Shown: positions 15,066-29,686, counted from the stretch's first letter. The stretch is DNA of 64,000 bases from Octopus vulgaris (GCA_951406725.2 OX597831.1:13330001-13394000); one strand, 5' to 3'. Notes: generated by a model not told the origin, from the letters alone. Numbers and translations are program-made.

Positions 15066-16116
15066 TAAATATTCATTGATTTGAAGAATTGCTAGAGTAA
15101 TGGGTGAAATACGTTTCGCTTTTTAGATATTTTCTGGGTTCGACTCCGGCCAGTGTTGAACGTGCCGTCCTCCGTATTAGCGTGAACAAAGTAGTCAGCA
15201 TTCAAATTATTAATTCTATGTAATAGTCTACAACTTACCCTTCAAAATAAATAAATAAATAAATAATTGTGGCTTTTTGCCTATTTCACAAGTTATTTCA
15301 TTTGTTCAGACTTTTGGTTAATATTATATATCACATTATTACAGAAATATCTGGCCGAGTAGAAAGTACTTTGCATTCTCAGTCGAGTGGTTTTTAGTTC
15401 ATATATCAAGCATTGCCGACGCATTGTGCTTATATGTCAAACATAAGATAAATCTATATTCCTCAGATAATATTTTAGGCTTCATCATTCACGAATATTT
15501 ATTTCTATAGAAATATACTCATGTGCATACGCACATACATACGTATGTACATATATGCATGTATGTATGTATGTATGTATGTATGTATGTATGTATGTAT
15601 GTATGTATATATGTATGTATATATGTATGTATATATGTATGTATATATTTATGAATTACACACATTCACATACCCACATACACATATATATAGTATTATA
15701 CCTGGGTGTATGTGTGTGTGTTTGGTGTGATGGCATTTTACTAATTATTCCCTGATGCGACTTGATCGTTATCCATGGTCTGAGAGTCTTAGGTTGGTGA
15801 AAGTGTCGACTTACATAGTTATCGTTTCTTGTTCTAGGTATTTGCAGGAGTATGCGAATAAAAGAGTTTGAAATCTCTGGTACTGGAGACAGAAAGAGTA
15901 TCAAAGTTTGCTGGAGGAAAGAAAATGCGTTGGAGGACAAGATAATGAAAGGAACGGAAAGAGCGCCGAAGTGAAAGGAAATGAGGAAACGTGAAAATAC
16001 GGATATATAAATGTAAATATAAATAGATGGAGACAGAGGCAGGTAGAAAGAGAAAGTGAGATAGATACGTAAGTAGAAGGGTGGATAGAGAGAGAGAGAG
16101 AGAGATAGAGATATAA

Positions 16117-16173
<57 letters not shown>

Positions 16174-16246
16174 TAGAGAGAGATAAATAGATAGATAAAG
16201 AGATAGAAATATAGATAGATAGATAGATAGATAGAAGGATGGATGT

Positions 16247-16336
<90 letters not shown>

Positions 16337-16680
16337 CTTTAATGAGATGCATCCATCTGTGAACACCGAAATATATCTAAACTCACGCGCATTTAATAAT
16401 GTTTCTGTCTTTCTGTAACCCTAATACGCACACATGTACTTACAAACTCTCACATATATCAGTTTGTATGTATGCATGTGTGTATGTATGTATGTATATA
16501 TATAAATATAGAGAGAGACACGTATATTTATATATACGTTCGTCCATACGCACACAATCAATGCCACATATGCATTCACATAAAGCAAATACATACAAAC
16601 ATACACACGCATATCGAAATAAAAATACAAGTGCACGTGATGTAACATATCATATATCACCCCCCCCCTACATACACGGA

Positions 16681-16717
<37 letters not shown>

Positions 16718-16858
16718 CAAGAAATATCTAGCATAAATACGCACCGAATTCTACATTTCCCATAATTTATGACCCGTAAATACCACAGCAATATAGTGAT
16801 GAAACGTAAACACAAAGATAAGGTTATTGTCCAACTAATCTTTATATATATGTACATA

Positions 16859-16904
<46 letters not shown>

Positions 16905-17040
16905 TATGTATGCATGTATATATATATATATGTGTGTATATATATGTATATATATGTATATATATGTATGTGTATATATATATATATATATACATACGCG
17001 CACACACACGCACACTCATATATATATATTTGCATATATA

Positions 17041-17080
<40 letters not shown>

Positions 17081-17178
17081 TACATATGTACAAACACACA
17101 CGCAGACATATATATATGTGTATATGAATATATATATATATATATATATACGTACGCACACACATACATATATGTATG

Positions 17179-17218
<40 letters not shown>

Positions 17219-17265
17219 TTATCTATATACATACGCGCACACACACGTATACATATATATGTGTG

Positions 17266-17302
<37 letters not shown>

Positions 17303-17328
17303 GCGCGCGCGCGCACACACACACACTC

Positions 17329-17363
<35 letters not shown>

Positions 17364-17766
17364 GATTCTATTTAGCATTGATTCTAGCATCCGAAGTCTT
17401 TGGATGTTATTGACCAGCCGTCCGCAATACTGTTTTGTTGATGGAGCTGAATATATCCCGCTGTACATATCGGAGGTCGCGCAATATTTATGGAACGAGA
17501 GAAAAACAGGAAGGAGATGATATATATTCTAGAAAACCGTATCGGAAATAGTGTGAAGTACGGGTAAATATACATACATGTACACAAGCGTGCCAATATA
17601 TACGGGCTTGAAGTGATGCATACATTTGTGAAGAGACAGAAAGGCACAAAGTAAAACGAAGACATGTTCATATACACACACATGCACATACATTTAAACA
17701 ATCCTACATGCACCAAATATATATGTCTATATGTGTGTTTGTATGTGTGCATAAACCTGTTTCTCG

Positions 17767-17828
<62 letters not shown>

Positions 17829-18719
17829 TCTTTTATTCTTTTATTATCGTGCTATCAAAAAAAAATCGATGTCTTACATATTTATATATATTTGTTGCTT
17901 TAAGGTGTTGGCAGTCAATGAGGAGACCGGGGCAGGCTGATAAGAATTGATGAACATGAAACATGTCTGAAATTGTCACGATGACTCTCAGCTCTCATCC
18001 TTCTCCTGCTCATAGTACATGTTTATTATTGGCTGGTTGAAATTAAAGAAATTCTCTCCGTCCCTTTTCGGACTGTATTTTCCATTAATGGTAAGGAATA
18101 TCTCATCAATGAACGCGTTTTTTTTTTGTTCCCTTCACCTTCACCCTGTCGGCCAAATATGTGTCTTACGATGCAAAATTTATATGAAATAGCTAGAAAT
18201 TAATTGTATAATTTTATGCTTATTTAGTTTTGCGTTCATTAAGAGTGAATATGTTCTCGAAATAATTATTTCCTCTCTTCAGAGATACGAAATTTAACTT
18301 TATGCTTCTTTGTGTATTACATTACTGACGAAGGTCAATTTAAACAAATCGAAGCAGAATTCATAAGATGATGAGCTGGCCGAATCTTTGGCACGTATTT
18401 GGCCTGGCCGTATTTCTTCTGGTTCTGTAAGTTGTGATTGCAAATCCCTTTGAGAACAGCAGAGTTGAGAATAGAAGAGTTCGTAAAATAAAGTAGTAGT
18501 CAAATACTGGGGTTGAATGCCATTGCTTTGTGAGGGGAATGTTGTATTTGCACTCACTGATACGCCAATCAAACCGAATAACAACCCTGATGAATCCTAG
18601 GGCTCACGAAAAAAGCGCAACGCATGTTTCCTCCCCTTGTTATATGTGTGTGAATCGCACAATATGTATACATAGGTACATAAACACACAAACACACTCA
18701 CACACATATACATATATAA

Positions 18720-19390
18720 GAGTGATGGCGGATAGCTGAAAAGTTTATAGGCTAAGATGTTCTCATGTAATGTAACCAAATGAGGCTTATTTTTCAGCAT
18801 AGTCCTCCTTGTGGTCCACACACATCTTCCCCAAAAGCTGAGGCCTTCACCTTCTGTTCGTATGAAACGACCTTGGCATTTTTTGGAGCAGGTGAGAAGG
18901 AGATTTTCCAGTTTGGATTATTGTTCTCTGGTTGAAATGATGAACCCAAAATTCATCCCGGGTTAGGAAACACTCAAGGATCTGCCTTAATCAATATCAG
19001 CTTTTCCTGTGATGTGATCAACCTGGCGCTCTGCTGATCAGGTGTCAGACAACGTGGCACCCACCGAGCAGTAAAGTTCGTTATGCCAAGTCCGTTGCGT
19101 AGAATATTCTGAACTTGGTCTCGAGATAAACTAATAGCATTGGCTATTTGGTTTATAACCAATCGCATGTCATCCATCACCATGTGGTGAACACGATCAA
19201 TATTTTCCTCGTCAGAAGCAGTTGCAAGACGTCCAGACCTTGGGTTATATTCAAGACTCCCCCCCCCCCCCCGTTCTCCACCTGAATTCTGTTGCTCACC
19301 TTTGCACTCTTGACAAAGCTGGAGCGTCATCAGCTACAGTAGCAAGCATATCAACATGAATATCCTTGATAACACTACAATGCCAAATTT
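18720..19390 (-). mobile_element. Decayed, internally deleted mariner transposon
   Basis: ORF 18974-19330 gives RSGR...DEENIDRV...IANAISLS...ARWVPRCLTPDQ (mariner HTH and WVPxxL motif); remnant of the C-terminal 'CVD..GDY.EK' motif near 18790-18830. Confidence 0.85.
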
Positions 19391-20138
19391 TGTCCAATTT
19401 TCAAGGGAGGTTGTTACCTTCTGAGTTCAAATTGCGCCCACGTCGACTTTGCCTATCACCTTTCACGATCGTTAAAATAAGTACCAGCTGGACATTGGAG
19501 TCAAAGTAAACGACTAATCTCCTCCCAGAAATCAATGGCCTTGTGCCAAATTTTGACACCAACATTAACGGAGAGGATATTTCAGAGAAAAGCTGTATTT
19601 CTCAATTTGTATGTTCAGCTTGCGTTCCATTGATGGAAATATCGACTCCTTTCTATTATTTATTTAATGAAAAGGTTAGTGTAACAAGGAATGCGTATCG
19701 ACGGTTCATTCGATTATCTATAGGATTGATTTCTTTCTAATTTGTTTTCCTTGAATTTGATTCCTCCTTTTTTTTCTTCCATACATTATTGACACTAATT
19801 TGATTGCTAAAAGAAACTGCAACTCCGAAATGATATGAAGTGGGATTATTAAATCGACTTTAGAAGCATTTGAAACTACAACGAGGCACACATAAAAGGA
19901 TTGAGAAGTGAAGACATATAAATGGTTTGTACACTGAGAGCGGAGCAAATGTAAATACGATGACAATATACTCTTTAGGTTCGCTGTTATGTTACTCGTG
20001 CGTCAACTAGAATTGATGGAAAATATTTGAAAGAATATCCTGAGGTTCACTTGTTCGGTAAGCTGATTTGAGACCGCTTCTTTTCACTGAATGCATTGCA
20101 TGACAATAGAATAGCACCCAGGGAGCCATAACACACAC

Positions 20139-20189
<51 letters not shown>

Positions 20190-20287
20190 TAGTTGAAATT
20201 TATAGAAAGACAAAAGACGAAGACATATGTATGAACAACAAGCAAGCAAGCAAGTGTATTATTTCGACGCACGGGAAAATAAAGGTA

Positions 20288-20322
20288 TTTTACGTTTCGA
20301 GCCGACGCTCTTCAACAGAAAA
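20288..20322 (-). ncRNA. Minimal hammerhead-like motif with non-canonical core (CUGUUGA)
   Basis: Minus strand: tttt-CTGTTGA-a-gagc(gtcg)gctc-GAAA-CG-TA-aaa; A6 replaced by U; helix I only 3 bp. Confidence 0.45.
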
Positions 20323-21554
20323 GAATAAAAGAAAATAAACAGAGAGAATTTTAAAAAATCTCGTTTATTTCAGCGGTCCAGCATGGCGAATATATATATA
20401 TATATACGTAGGTGTGGATGTGTGGTAAGTAGTTTCCTCCAACTACATGATTCCGGGTTCAGTCCCGCGGGACACCTTGGGCGAGTGTCTTCTACTATAG
20501 CTCCGGTCACCCACAGTCGTGTAAGTGGATTTTGGTTGACGGAAATGAAAGGAGCCCATTCAATACCCTAGCGCGCCTGTGTGAATGCGTGTGGGATTAT
20601 CCACGTAACTTAGCGGTTCGGCAAAATGACCGACGGAATAAATATCAAGCTAAGTCGATTCGGTGCCCCAAGTGGTCACAATCTAATGACTGAAATAAAT
20701 GAAAGATTAAAATAAAGAAAGTACAAACATACACAGTTATGTCCACATTAGGTACATTTCGTGATAGAAGTAATGAGGCAGAAAATATCAAACAGCTTGA
20801 AGCTACATCAAAGACTTCCTCATCCACAAAATTCTACTGAATAAATTATTAAGCGATTTTCATTTTCCAGTTTTCAAGACAAATATTTAATGAAAACAAA
20901 TGACGCTTGAAAACCTGAGAATTCATGTTTTTCAGAGCTAACAAAGTATTCATGAATTTAGAATTGAAATAATTTTTCATTACATACACATACGTACACA
21001 CATACACTTATATACAGTTACACAAAATATATATGATTAAACAGACTCGAAAATGGCTGGTGTTGGTCGGCGGCAGTAAGACTTATTTTGTAAAATGAAT
21101 TTGCGTGAGCATCGGATAGAAGTCTTCTTCATAAAATACTGAAAGGTGAGAAATGAATGGAATACACAGAGTTTTACTCCCTCAATGTTATAAAATACGA
21201 TTATGAATTTAAAGTAACAAATATAATATCAATCTATGATTAATATCAAATTGATAACCGTGGTGGTATATTTAATCTGTCATCTCGTTCAACGCCACCT
21301 GGTGGTGTTTATGTGTCTTTGAACACTTTATTTATTTAGAACACTTTTCAGTTATCAGACTGCAGCCTTGAAGAATTTTTTAGTCGAATGGTTCGATCAT
21401 AATTTTTAAGGATAATTTTTAAGCGTGGTACTTATATTATCAATCCCTTTTACCGAACGGCTAGGTTACGAAGATATAAGTACATCAACACCGGTTGTCA
21501 AGCGTTGGTGTGGGACAAACACAGACACAAAGACACACACATATAGGTGTATAT

Positions 21555-21639
<85 letters not shown>

Positions 21640-21764
21640 AGAGATAACACACGAGTAAGTAGATATTTGTGAAAAAGAAGAATGAAAATGCTATTTTCTT
21701 AAAATTGGGTACGTTATAATTTTCCTTTATATAAATACGTTAAAAGAAGAATGTTTTGGTTTTG

Positions 21765-21801
21765 TTTTACATGTTTCGGTTTTTGAAAACCTTATCAAAA
21801 A
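21765..21801 (-). ncRNA. Minimal type I hammerhead motif with U3-A8 core variant
   Basis: Minus strand: ttt-TTGATAA-ggttt(tcaa)aaacc-GAAA-CATG-TA-aaa; palindromic helix III, site GUA, weak helix I. Confidence 0.55.
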
Positions 21802-23514
21802 TATGTACTAATATGGAAAATGTAGAGAGAAAAAAGAGCTGTTAATAAAATTAAATTAAAATAGACGATCATAGTTTAGTTTCCTTTTTCCAGCAAGAAC
21901 CCGTGGTAATTTCCGTTAATTTTCGTGGCATGACAAGTTGAACTGTCTGTGACGGCAAATTACTACTATTTGCAATGGTAAATTATAATATGTGGTCAAG
22001 ATAGAAGAAAGTATACTTGATTCAGTGGACCTCTGTATGTCACTGGGTCGTTATCGACCATTAGAAGAATGAAATTTAAAATTGAAGTCAGCAGGACTTG
22101 AACTCGAAGCGCAAAGAGCAGTAAATAAATACACTCACTATTGAATTACTGAATTACTCCTACTCCTCATAGCAACGATGTCGATATTTATGATGACATT
22201 GATGCAACACACCGGGCCAAAGCCGCGGCGAGAACGTAATTCCTTTAGTAAGAGGTAGTGTGAAGGAGTGACTAAGTGAGAGAGAGAGAGAAAGAGAGAA
22301 GGAGAGATGTGCGTGTGAGAGAGAGAAAGACAGAGAGAGAATGTGCGTGCGTGTGTGTGAGAGAGAGGACGTATGTGTGCAAAAGAGAGAGAGAGAGAGA
22401 GAGAGAGAATGTGCGTGTGAGAGAGGGAGAGCATGTTCGTGTGTTTAAGAGAGAACAAGAAAGAATGTACGTGTGTGTGTGTGAGAGAGAGAGGATTTGT
22501 GTATGAGGGAGAGAGACAAAGAGAGAGAATGTGTTTATGAGAGAGAGAAAGTGAGAGAAAAAGAGAGAGAGACAGACAGAAATTCAGTGTAAGAGAGTTA
22601 GGGTGATGATTAATTCTTGTACTTAACTCGGACTGTGATTTATTGTACCCAGGAGGCTGAAATACAAAGAGGACCTCCGAGGTATCTGAACCCGGAACGC
22701 AAGGCAATAGCGATTCTCTTAACTTCCCTGATTAAGCCATGCGAAAATAATTACGATTTATAAACAATTCTAAAAGTAGACGTTTTTCCGAACGAATCTC
22801 CTTTTCTCGTCTCAAGTAATTGTAATGACAAAAGTTTTAATTAAAGCAGTTCATCACCACGAAGGAAATATTAATTGAAACATAATACGAGTGATTAAAT
22901 CGTCTGTCTCTGCTCTCATCTCTTATCTATTCTGATATTCTTTTATTCTTCCATATGTTTCAGCACAAAGACAGTGGCCATGCTGGAGCATAAATATCGT
23001 TAATTATCTGACAAGTATTAAATTGATAACTATGATTACGTATAGAATAATGTGTTTAATCTATTAGTTCTATGACAAGAGATAAATTGATAATTTTGAT
23101 TGCATAATCCACCGTCCTGTTTGATACCACCAGTTGGTCGTTGTGTGTCTTGAACAGACAACACAGGCCTATGGTCTAGCTTTTCAATATTTTATTCATT
23201 TACAACAAAGAAACGATTCGTCAACAAACGAATCCCTACGTGGTTACTCCAAAGATCACCACATGTTCCCCCCTCCTCAGAGGTACTACCCTACCCCATC
23301 ACTCTATGAGCACCTCCTTCCCTCATCCTCTAGTTACTTGATCTGCTAGCATTAACTGCCAAATTTTAGTATCCAGTTTCAACCTGCTATTTTAAACAGG
23401 GAAGTCAACATTAGATAATGTGCTAAATGGGTTCCTACAAAACCCGAAATGTATTCATAAAAAACATTAGGATTTTTCTTATTCAATTTGTATTAAACCA
23501 ACATTAATGTTGCG

Positions 23515-23730
23515 AAAGCGGTGACATAGCAGAAGTGTTAGCATGCCGGGCAAAATGATTAACAGCATTTCGTCGGTCTCTATGTTGTGAGTTCAAATCT
23601 CGCCGAGGTGGACTTTGCCTTTAACCCTTTCGGCATCGCTAAAATATGTACCAGTTGAGAAGAGGGTCAACGTAATCAATTTACCCCTTCCCTACAACTG
23701 CTAGCCTGGTGCCAGAATTTGAAACCAATA
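23515..23730 (+). mobile_element. tRNA-SINE, dominant family
   Basis: gcggtgacatagcagaagtgttagcatgccggg...gagttcaaatctcgccgaggtggactttgcc; homologous to 60150-60340. Confidence 0.75.
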
Positions 23731-25259
23731 TCAATGGCGTTTCGGATGATCCATACGGAATCAGTGCTGATCCTGTAAATCTATGATCAAAGACGTTCCA
23801 GCCATAAACATCTTGTTTATTGTTTGACACAACCTACGTCACATTATAGCCATCGCTTTTCTTTTGTTTTACTTATTAGGTTTAGTATAAGAGTGATACC
23901 CTGTGCCTGCACAGGCCCTCCTACATCGCTGAGAGACCATTAATGTTTCTCTTGACACACTGTCAGTCACTATCTGCAGGGTGGGTTATTTCAACAGTCG
24001 GCTTCTTGGCAAGGAAGTCTTGAGATCAAGATTAATGCACGCTCTGGTGAGATTGGCTGCAACAAAAGTGAAGGGAGAAGCCAAGTAGCAATACCTGATT
24101 GAAGATAGTTCATGCCACACTTAGGTCTCAGTTTACTATCACCATTATAATGGATTCAGTTCTGATGTGATCTGGCCAAACACAGTAGCGATAGAAAAAA
24201 TATACAGCTCACTTATTGGCCAGAGGCTGAAGCGTGCCTTCTATTTCTGGCGTGACCTAAGAGTGAATTGACTGCTATTTTCACAGGTCAGAATCACCAT
24301 GAAAAAGTAGCCAAGAGGAACGGGTTGGCAGAAATGGAAAACAGTCGAACAAAACAGCTTATGAATTCAAAGCCACCGGGATTGACTTTGCGTTTGTATT
24401 CCCGAAGTCAATAATATACTGTACCAGTCAAGTATTGGATCAATATACAGGATAAATTGTATTTTCTCAAATTAAAAACCTTGTGTCAATTATGGAAATC
24501 AATATTATTCAAATTTTTAACAAGAATTAAGACAGTAATGAAAACAAATAGCGATGCGCCTAGTTGACAGGAATCACTACTAATAACCGGTGTAATTATG
24601 ATGAGACTGATAGAAAATATCTTTCTTCTATGTCTTATGTTGCTATATTCAGCAAATAACAGTTATTCGTGGTCTGCAATATTTGGATGGAGAGACGGAA
24701 GAATTTCAAAATATCTAATAAATGCTACATGTGTTACATTCCTCTGGGAATCTGACCAACTACAACTCATATATCACCAAGAAGCAATATAGCGATGAAA
24801 ATGAAAATCTTAATGAAATTTCCACCTGAAAGATTGGCATAAATCAGGCTGAGTTTTGCTCAAAGATAATTTTTCTTTTTCTTGACGGAATAACTAAGCA
24901 GACAACGCAATCTTCCGTTTCAATTATTGACAAAGGAAACTGACAGTCGTTTCTACTCCATAATTATTGATTTCTAATGCAGATACAAAGTCATATATTT
25001 TGAGGTGGGTGAGTATACTTCCTCCTATCTAAACTATTATTTTGACTGGTGCATAGACTTTAAAAAGATGAAATACTAACATGACCTTGGCGGGATTCGA
25101 AATTGGTATGAAACGAGTTACAGCAGGGCTATTGGTCCTTCAGGCAATTCATTTCCCTTCCTACCCGGTATTTATTAATTTCTTGCATTGATTCAATTCA
25201 CGCCACAAATTTGAGCCTAAATGAGTCGCAATGCAAGATTAACTTGAGCAATATTTACA

Positions 25260-25430
25260 TTATTTATATTATTTACATCTGACGCATATTTGTCCTCATC
25301 TTGTTTGTTGTTAACACAACGTTTCGGCTGATATACCCTCCAGCCTTCATCAGGTGTCTTCGGGGGAAATTTCAAACCTGGGTTCTCATTCCTAAGGTAT
25401 TTTTCAATATTGATGTTGTTGTTATTATCA
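25260..25430 (-). mobile_element. Hammerhead-bearing short repeat (family H1), HHR at 25313-25358
   Basis: Minus strand: gacac-CTGATGA-a-ggctg(gagggtatat)cagcc-GAAA-CG-TT-gtgtt; homologous to 26360-26552 and 35140-35300. Confidence 0.85.
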
Positions 25431-25436
25431 TTATTA

Positions 25437-25582
<146 letters not shown>

Positions 25583-25634
25583 TTTTTTTTTTTAATATTA
25601 TTTTTTTAATAATAATAATTATTATTATTATTAC

Positions 25635-25685
<51 letters not shown>

Positions 25686-26204
25686 TGAGTGAGAGAGCAG
25701 TGCATGCCATCAAAGTGACACTGGGGTAAAATATACGAAGCCCAATATACCCATCATGACTACCCGTCTGATAAAGGTACACCAGGCACATGCATCACAA
25801 CCATATGTGCGCGACATGGTGATCTCATATCAAGATAAACAGTACATGACCTTGCAGGTGGGGCCCTGTTAGAATTTTCTTCGGGTTGAGTAGCCCATCC
25901 CGCTCAAAAGGTCCCTGAATAAGGGTTGTTTAAGGATGTTGAAAGAACCACCCATGTTTCCAGAGGTGAATTATTCAAACCCCAAAGAATCCCTCTCAAC
26001 ACATGGCTATGATGCTCCCCCACTACTTCTGCTCGTGATCAGAGATGCACATATCGTCAGCCACTAAGGGACATGCTCAACTGGTTAAAGTCAAACAACT
26101 GACAAGCAAATCTGTGGTATTGAGCAGAATATTTGCTGTAGCCCATCTTTTATACCAAGACATAACAATGTACATGATAACACTTCCAATCAGTTAAGAT
26201 CAGA
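25686..26204 (-). mobile_element. About 520-bp non-coding interspersed repeat inserted in (TAA)n
   Basis: Highly similar to 55062-55550, more diverged copy at 54039-54382; (ATT)n flanks; strand inferred from the fixed left end and variable right end. Confidence 0.8.
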
Positions 26205-26215
26205 ATTATTATTAC

Positions 26216-26282
<67 letters not shown>

Positions 26283-26295
26283 GTTGTTGTTGTTG

Positions 26296-26332
<37 letters not shown>

Positions 26333-26359
26333 GATTTTATGTGCAGTTATATATGTTAT

Positions 26360-26552
26360 TATTAACAACATCGAAAAACACCTTAGGAATGAGAAAACAG
26401 ATTCAGAATTTCCCCAAGACACCTGATGAAGGCTGGAGGGTATATCAGCCGAAACGTTGTGTTAACAACAAACAATATGAGGACAAATATCCGTCAAATG
26501 TAAATAATGTAAATAATGTACATAATTCCTCATCTCTTAAATATAGAACTGT
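26360..26552 (+). mobile_element. Hammerhead-bearing short repeat (family H1), HHR at 26418-26463
   Basis: gacac-CTGATGA(26423-26429)-a-ggctg...cagcc-GAAA(26451-26454)-CG-TT-gtgtt. Confidence 0.85.
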
Positions 26553-27018
26553 ATCAACATAAGCAAGATTCGAAACTGGAACATATGTAATTGCAACAAA
26601 GCCGCAAGGACTTTTGATTAGGCTGCTGCATTTCTGGCCATTCATGGTTCATCTTATTCTATTCATGGTTCTTCCTATCCCTGGTTCTTGGATTAGTGTT
26701 AAAGGCATTCGACTCACGGCCGTAATGTCCTAAGTTCGATAGTGCGTTCGGTTGGCAAAAATGAACGCTGAATCTCTGTGGGAACTATGTTAAAAGTACG
26801 CCTTAATGTGAAGTGCTCAGCCACTTGCATGTTGATTCCACGAGTAGGATGTTCCGTTGATCGAATCGACATGAAAACACATCGTCTTAACAGACGTAGT
26901 AACCAGTGTTCTTTATACGAACACACACACGCACACCATATCATACACCATATATCACACACACATGTATATATATATAAATATATATATATATTGTTAT
27001 ACATACACACACACACAT

Positions 27019-27100
<82 letters not shown>

Positions 27101-27124
27101 GATGTATGTATGTATATATATGTA

Positions 27125-27170
<46 letters not shown>

Positions 27171-27249
27171 TATATTGTTATATTGTTAAATTTGGGATGG
27201 TTACTTTTTTCCTGCCAAATAAACACGCACTATATATTCGTTATACACT

Positions 27250-27492
27250 CGTTTATTACTGTTCTTATTTTATCCTATGTCTGTTTTCTAGAAATCTTTC
27301 GGCACACATCTGTGACCTCTACAGCGACCCTTTCCGTCTACGTGTGTCCTCCTGCTTTGCTTAATCCATTCTCCGGATTAAACAGGGCAAAAAGACGCAC
27401 GTAAACGCAAAGTGTCGCTGAAGAGATCACAGACGTGCGACGAAGGTTTTCCGGACAATAGACTTAAGATAAAACGAGAACGGTAATAAGCG
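27250..27492. repeat. Imperfect long inverted repeat (arms about 120 bp) with a decayed hammerhead-like motif in each arm
   Basis: Reverse complement of left arm ggattaagcaaagcaggaggacacacgtagacggaaagggtcgctgtagaggtcacag... aligns with right arm ggattaaacagggcaaaaagacgcacgtaaacgcaaagtgtcgctgaagagatcacag... Confidence 0.75.
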
Positions 27493-29686
27493 CAAGGAAA
27501 GTAGATATATAAATATATTGAGTAAACATATATGTGTGTATGTGTATGTGTGTGTGCGTGTGCGTGGTTCCATACGAAATATGATGTTTGTATGTATCAA
27601 TGATTGTTATACGCCATTACTTACTGCTGTATATCGTTCTATAATGTGCTCCTCTGCTTCAATAGTAAACTTTCTATTCTAATGCATTTCCATAAAGCAT
27701 GTCTCAGGTTACAGAGTTTTTGATTACAGGCAGAGCCTTTTTTTTTACTTCCTATAAGAAGTATCAAGTTGCCTGCATTATGGTGTTCTTGTGGTTGTTG
27801 TTTGGTTTCCTAATATAAAGATAGCTTCTTTTTCTGTATAAATGGAATTGAAGATGCACGAGTCAATCTCTTACAAAACTAAGATTATGTTGACGATACT
27901 TGTAGAAAGAATTAGAAAATCCTGGCGGGAAAATAATCACGTCTCCATTAACCAATCTCTCCTATTGTTGGCACTAAATCAGGAAATTCTTTAAAATGAT
28001 GAAAAACTTTTAATGAAACTCATATTTACTGTTGATGTTATATTTTAGCTAAACAACAACAATATCCACAACAACAACAACAATATCCACAACAACAACA
28101 AAACATCAACAGCAGGAGGAAAGCAACAACAAAACAACAATAACAACAGCAATGACAACGAATCAAATTCGATATTTTGTTGAAGGTATGTAACTTCGGA
28201 GTAACAAAGTTTCTTTTGCGGAGATAAAACTTAATGATTTTTTATATTGTGTTCTAATAGTGATAGAATATCTATAACAAGATGACTCAGATAGACATCT
28301 TCTGTTGGCGAAGGCTAATTAATTCCTCCCTGTTTCACTTGGAAGAAGCGTTCGGGTCTAAGGGGCGAAAGGCTTGTAACTCTGAGATACCTACTGAAGA
28401 TACGGAAGTGCTTCTGAGTCGCCATCGCTTTAGTCAGGAGAAATAGCTTAAAATATCTGTGCAGCGAGAGGATAGAATCGTTTGCCCGCCTTTGCGTTCT
28501 GAGTTGCAAATAGGTCGAGGTCACCTTTAGCCCTTCATCCTTTCCGTGTCCATACCGCCTCATGGAAACCCCTTCTAGTTTCAGCGTTGGGCAAACTCCT
28601 CTGATATTTATTTCACCTGAAAGTCAACTGCATCATATTCATTTTTGCTATAATTATCTTTACTGAAATCTGCATCGCCAAATATAAATAAATAAAAAGA
28701 AATTTTTTCCTGTCATTTATTCATACTTTCTCAAGCTTATATGATAGGAAGCCAAAAAAGAAAAAAGAAAAAGAAAAAGAAGAACAAATATTTCCCCTTA
28801 ATATGCACGTATCTGTTTGGGGATTTCTACTTTCTTCCGCTTTTTCTTTTCTCTTTGTCTAATAAAGAAACATTTGCTTGCTTTGTAACCTACCGCTGCT
28901 CTCCATTAATATCAAGAATCATCTGTCTATGAATATAACTTTTTTCCCCCTTTCCATAAGCGTAGTCTTCGTAGTATTTAGAGTATCAATAGGATAAAAG
29001 ATATAAGAATATTTCTATATATCACAAAGCAGTTTTGTAGCTGTTTATTTCCTGTGAAAAATATATCGTATTATAAACTTTTTCCCATGGTTTGGCACAA
29101 AGGGTTATATTTTACCGGATAATATGTTAGAAATCGCTACGTTGACGCCTTTCATAAACGGTATTAGTGCTGCAAATGTAACTATATGGTTTATCTCAAT
29201 TGTAGCATTGATGAGAAAACCAGGAAGAATAACATACACACAGTTACAGAGAAGCAAGCATTCTGCAAGTTAGATTTGGAACGATTTTCGGTTGAACGAC
29301 TTATCGTTTTACATATAATGCTAATGTCATTTGGAATGGTATTAACGTGACAATTTCACTGAACATTTTTTCCTGTGAAATATAGCCCTTTCAGTTGAAA
29401 CAGAAGATACCAGTCTGTTAGATTTTTTCTGAGGTACAAGGATAGAATTTAAAGCTGTGGAGAGTGATTTGATTCTACCGACGCCAATGCTGAGTTGGTA
29501 CTTTAATTTATCGACCTCGGATGAATGCAATGTAAATTTGATCTGGTCGGGGTTTGAACTTGCAAACTAAAGAGAAAGAACAAGTTGTGCAAAACACTTT
29601 TTGGTGATTCTATAAAGTAAGCAAACAAGCACCAAAAACAAACACATAGATATGTATGTGTGTATATATATCCATATATACATATA

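Noticed and set aside
17933-17970. CTGATAA...GAAACATGTC hammerhead-like string
   Set aside because: G8A is uncompensated, there is no helix II and helix I is out of register; at best a heavily decayed copy
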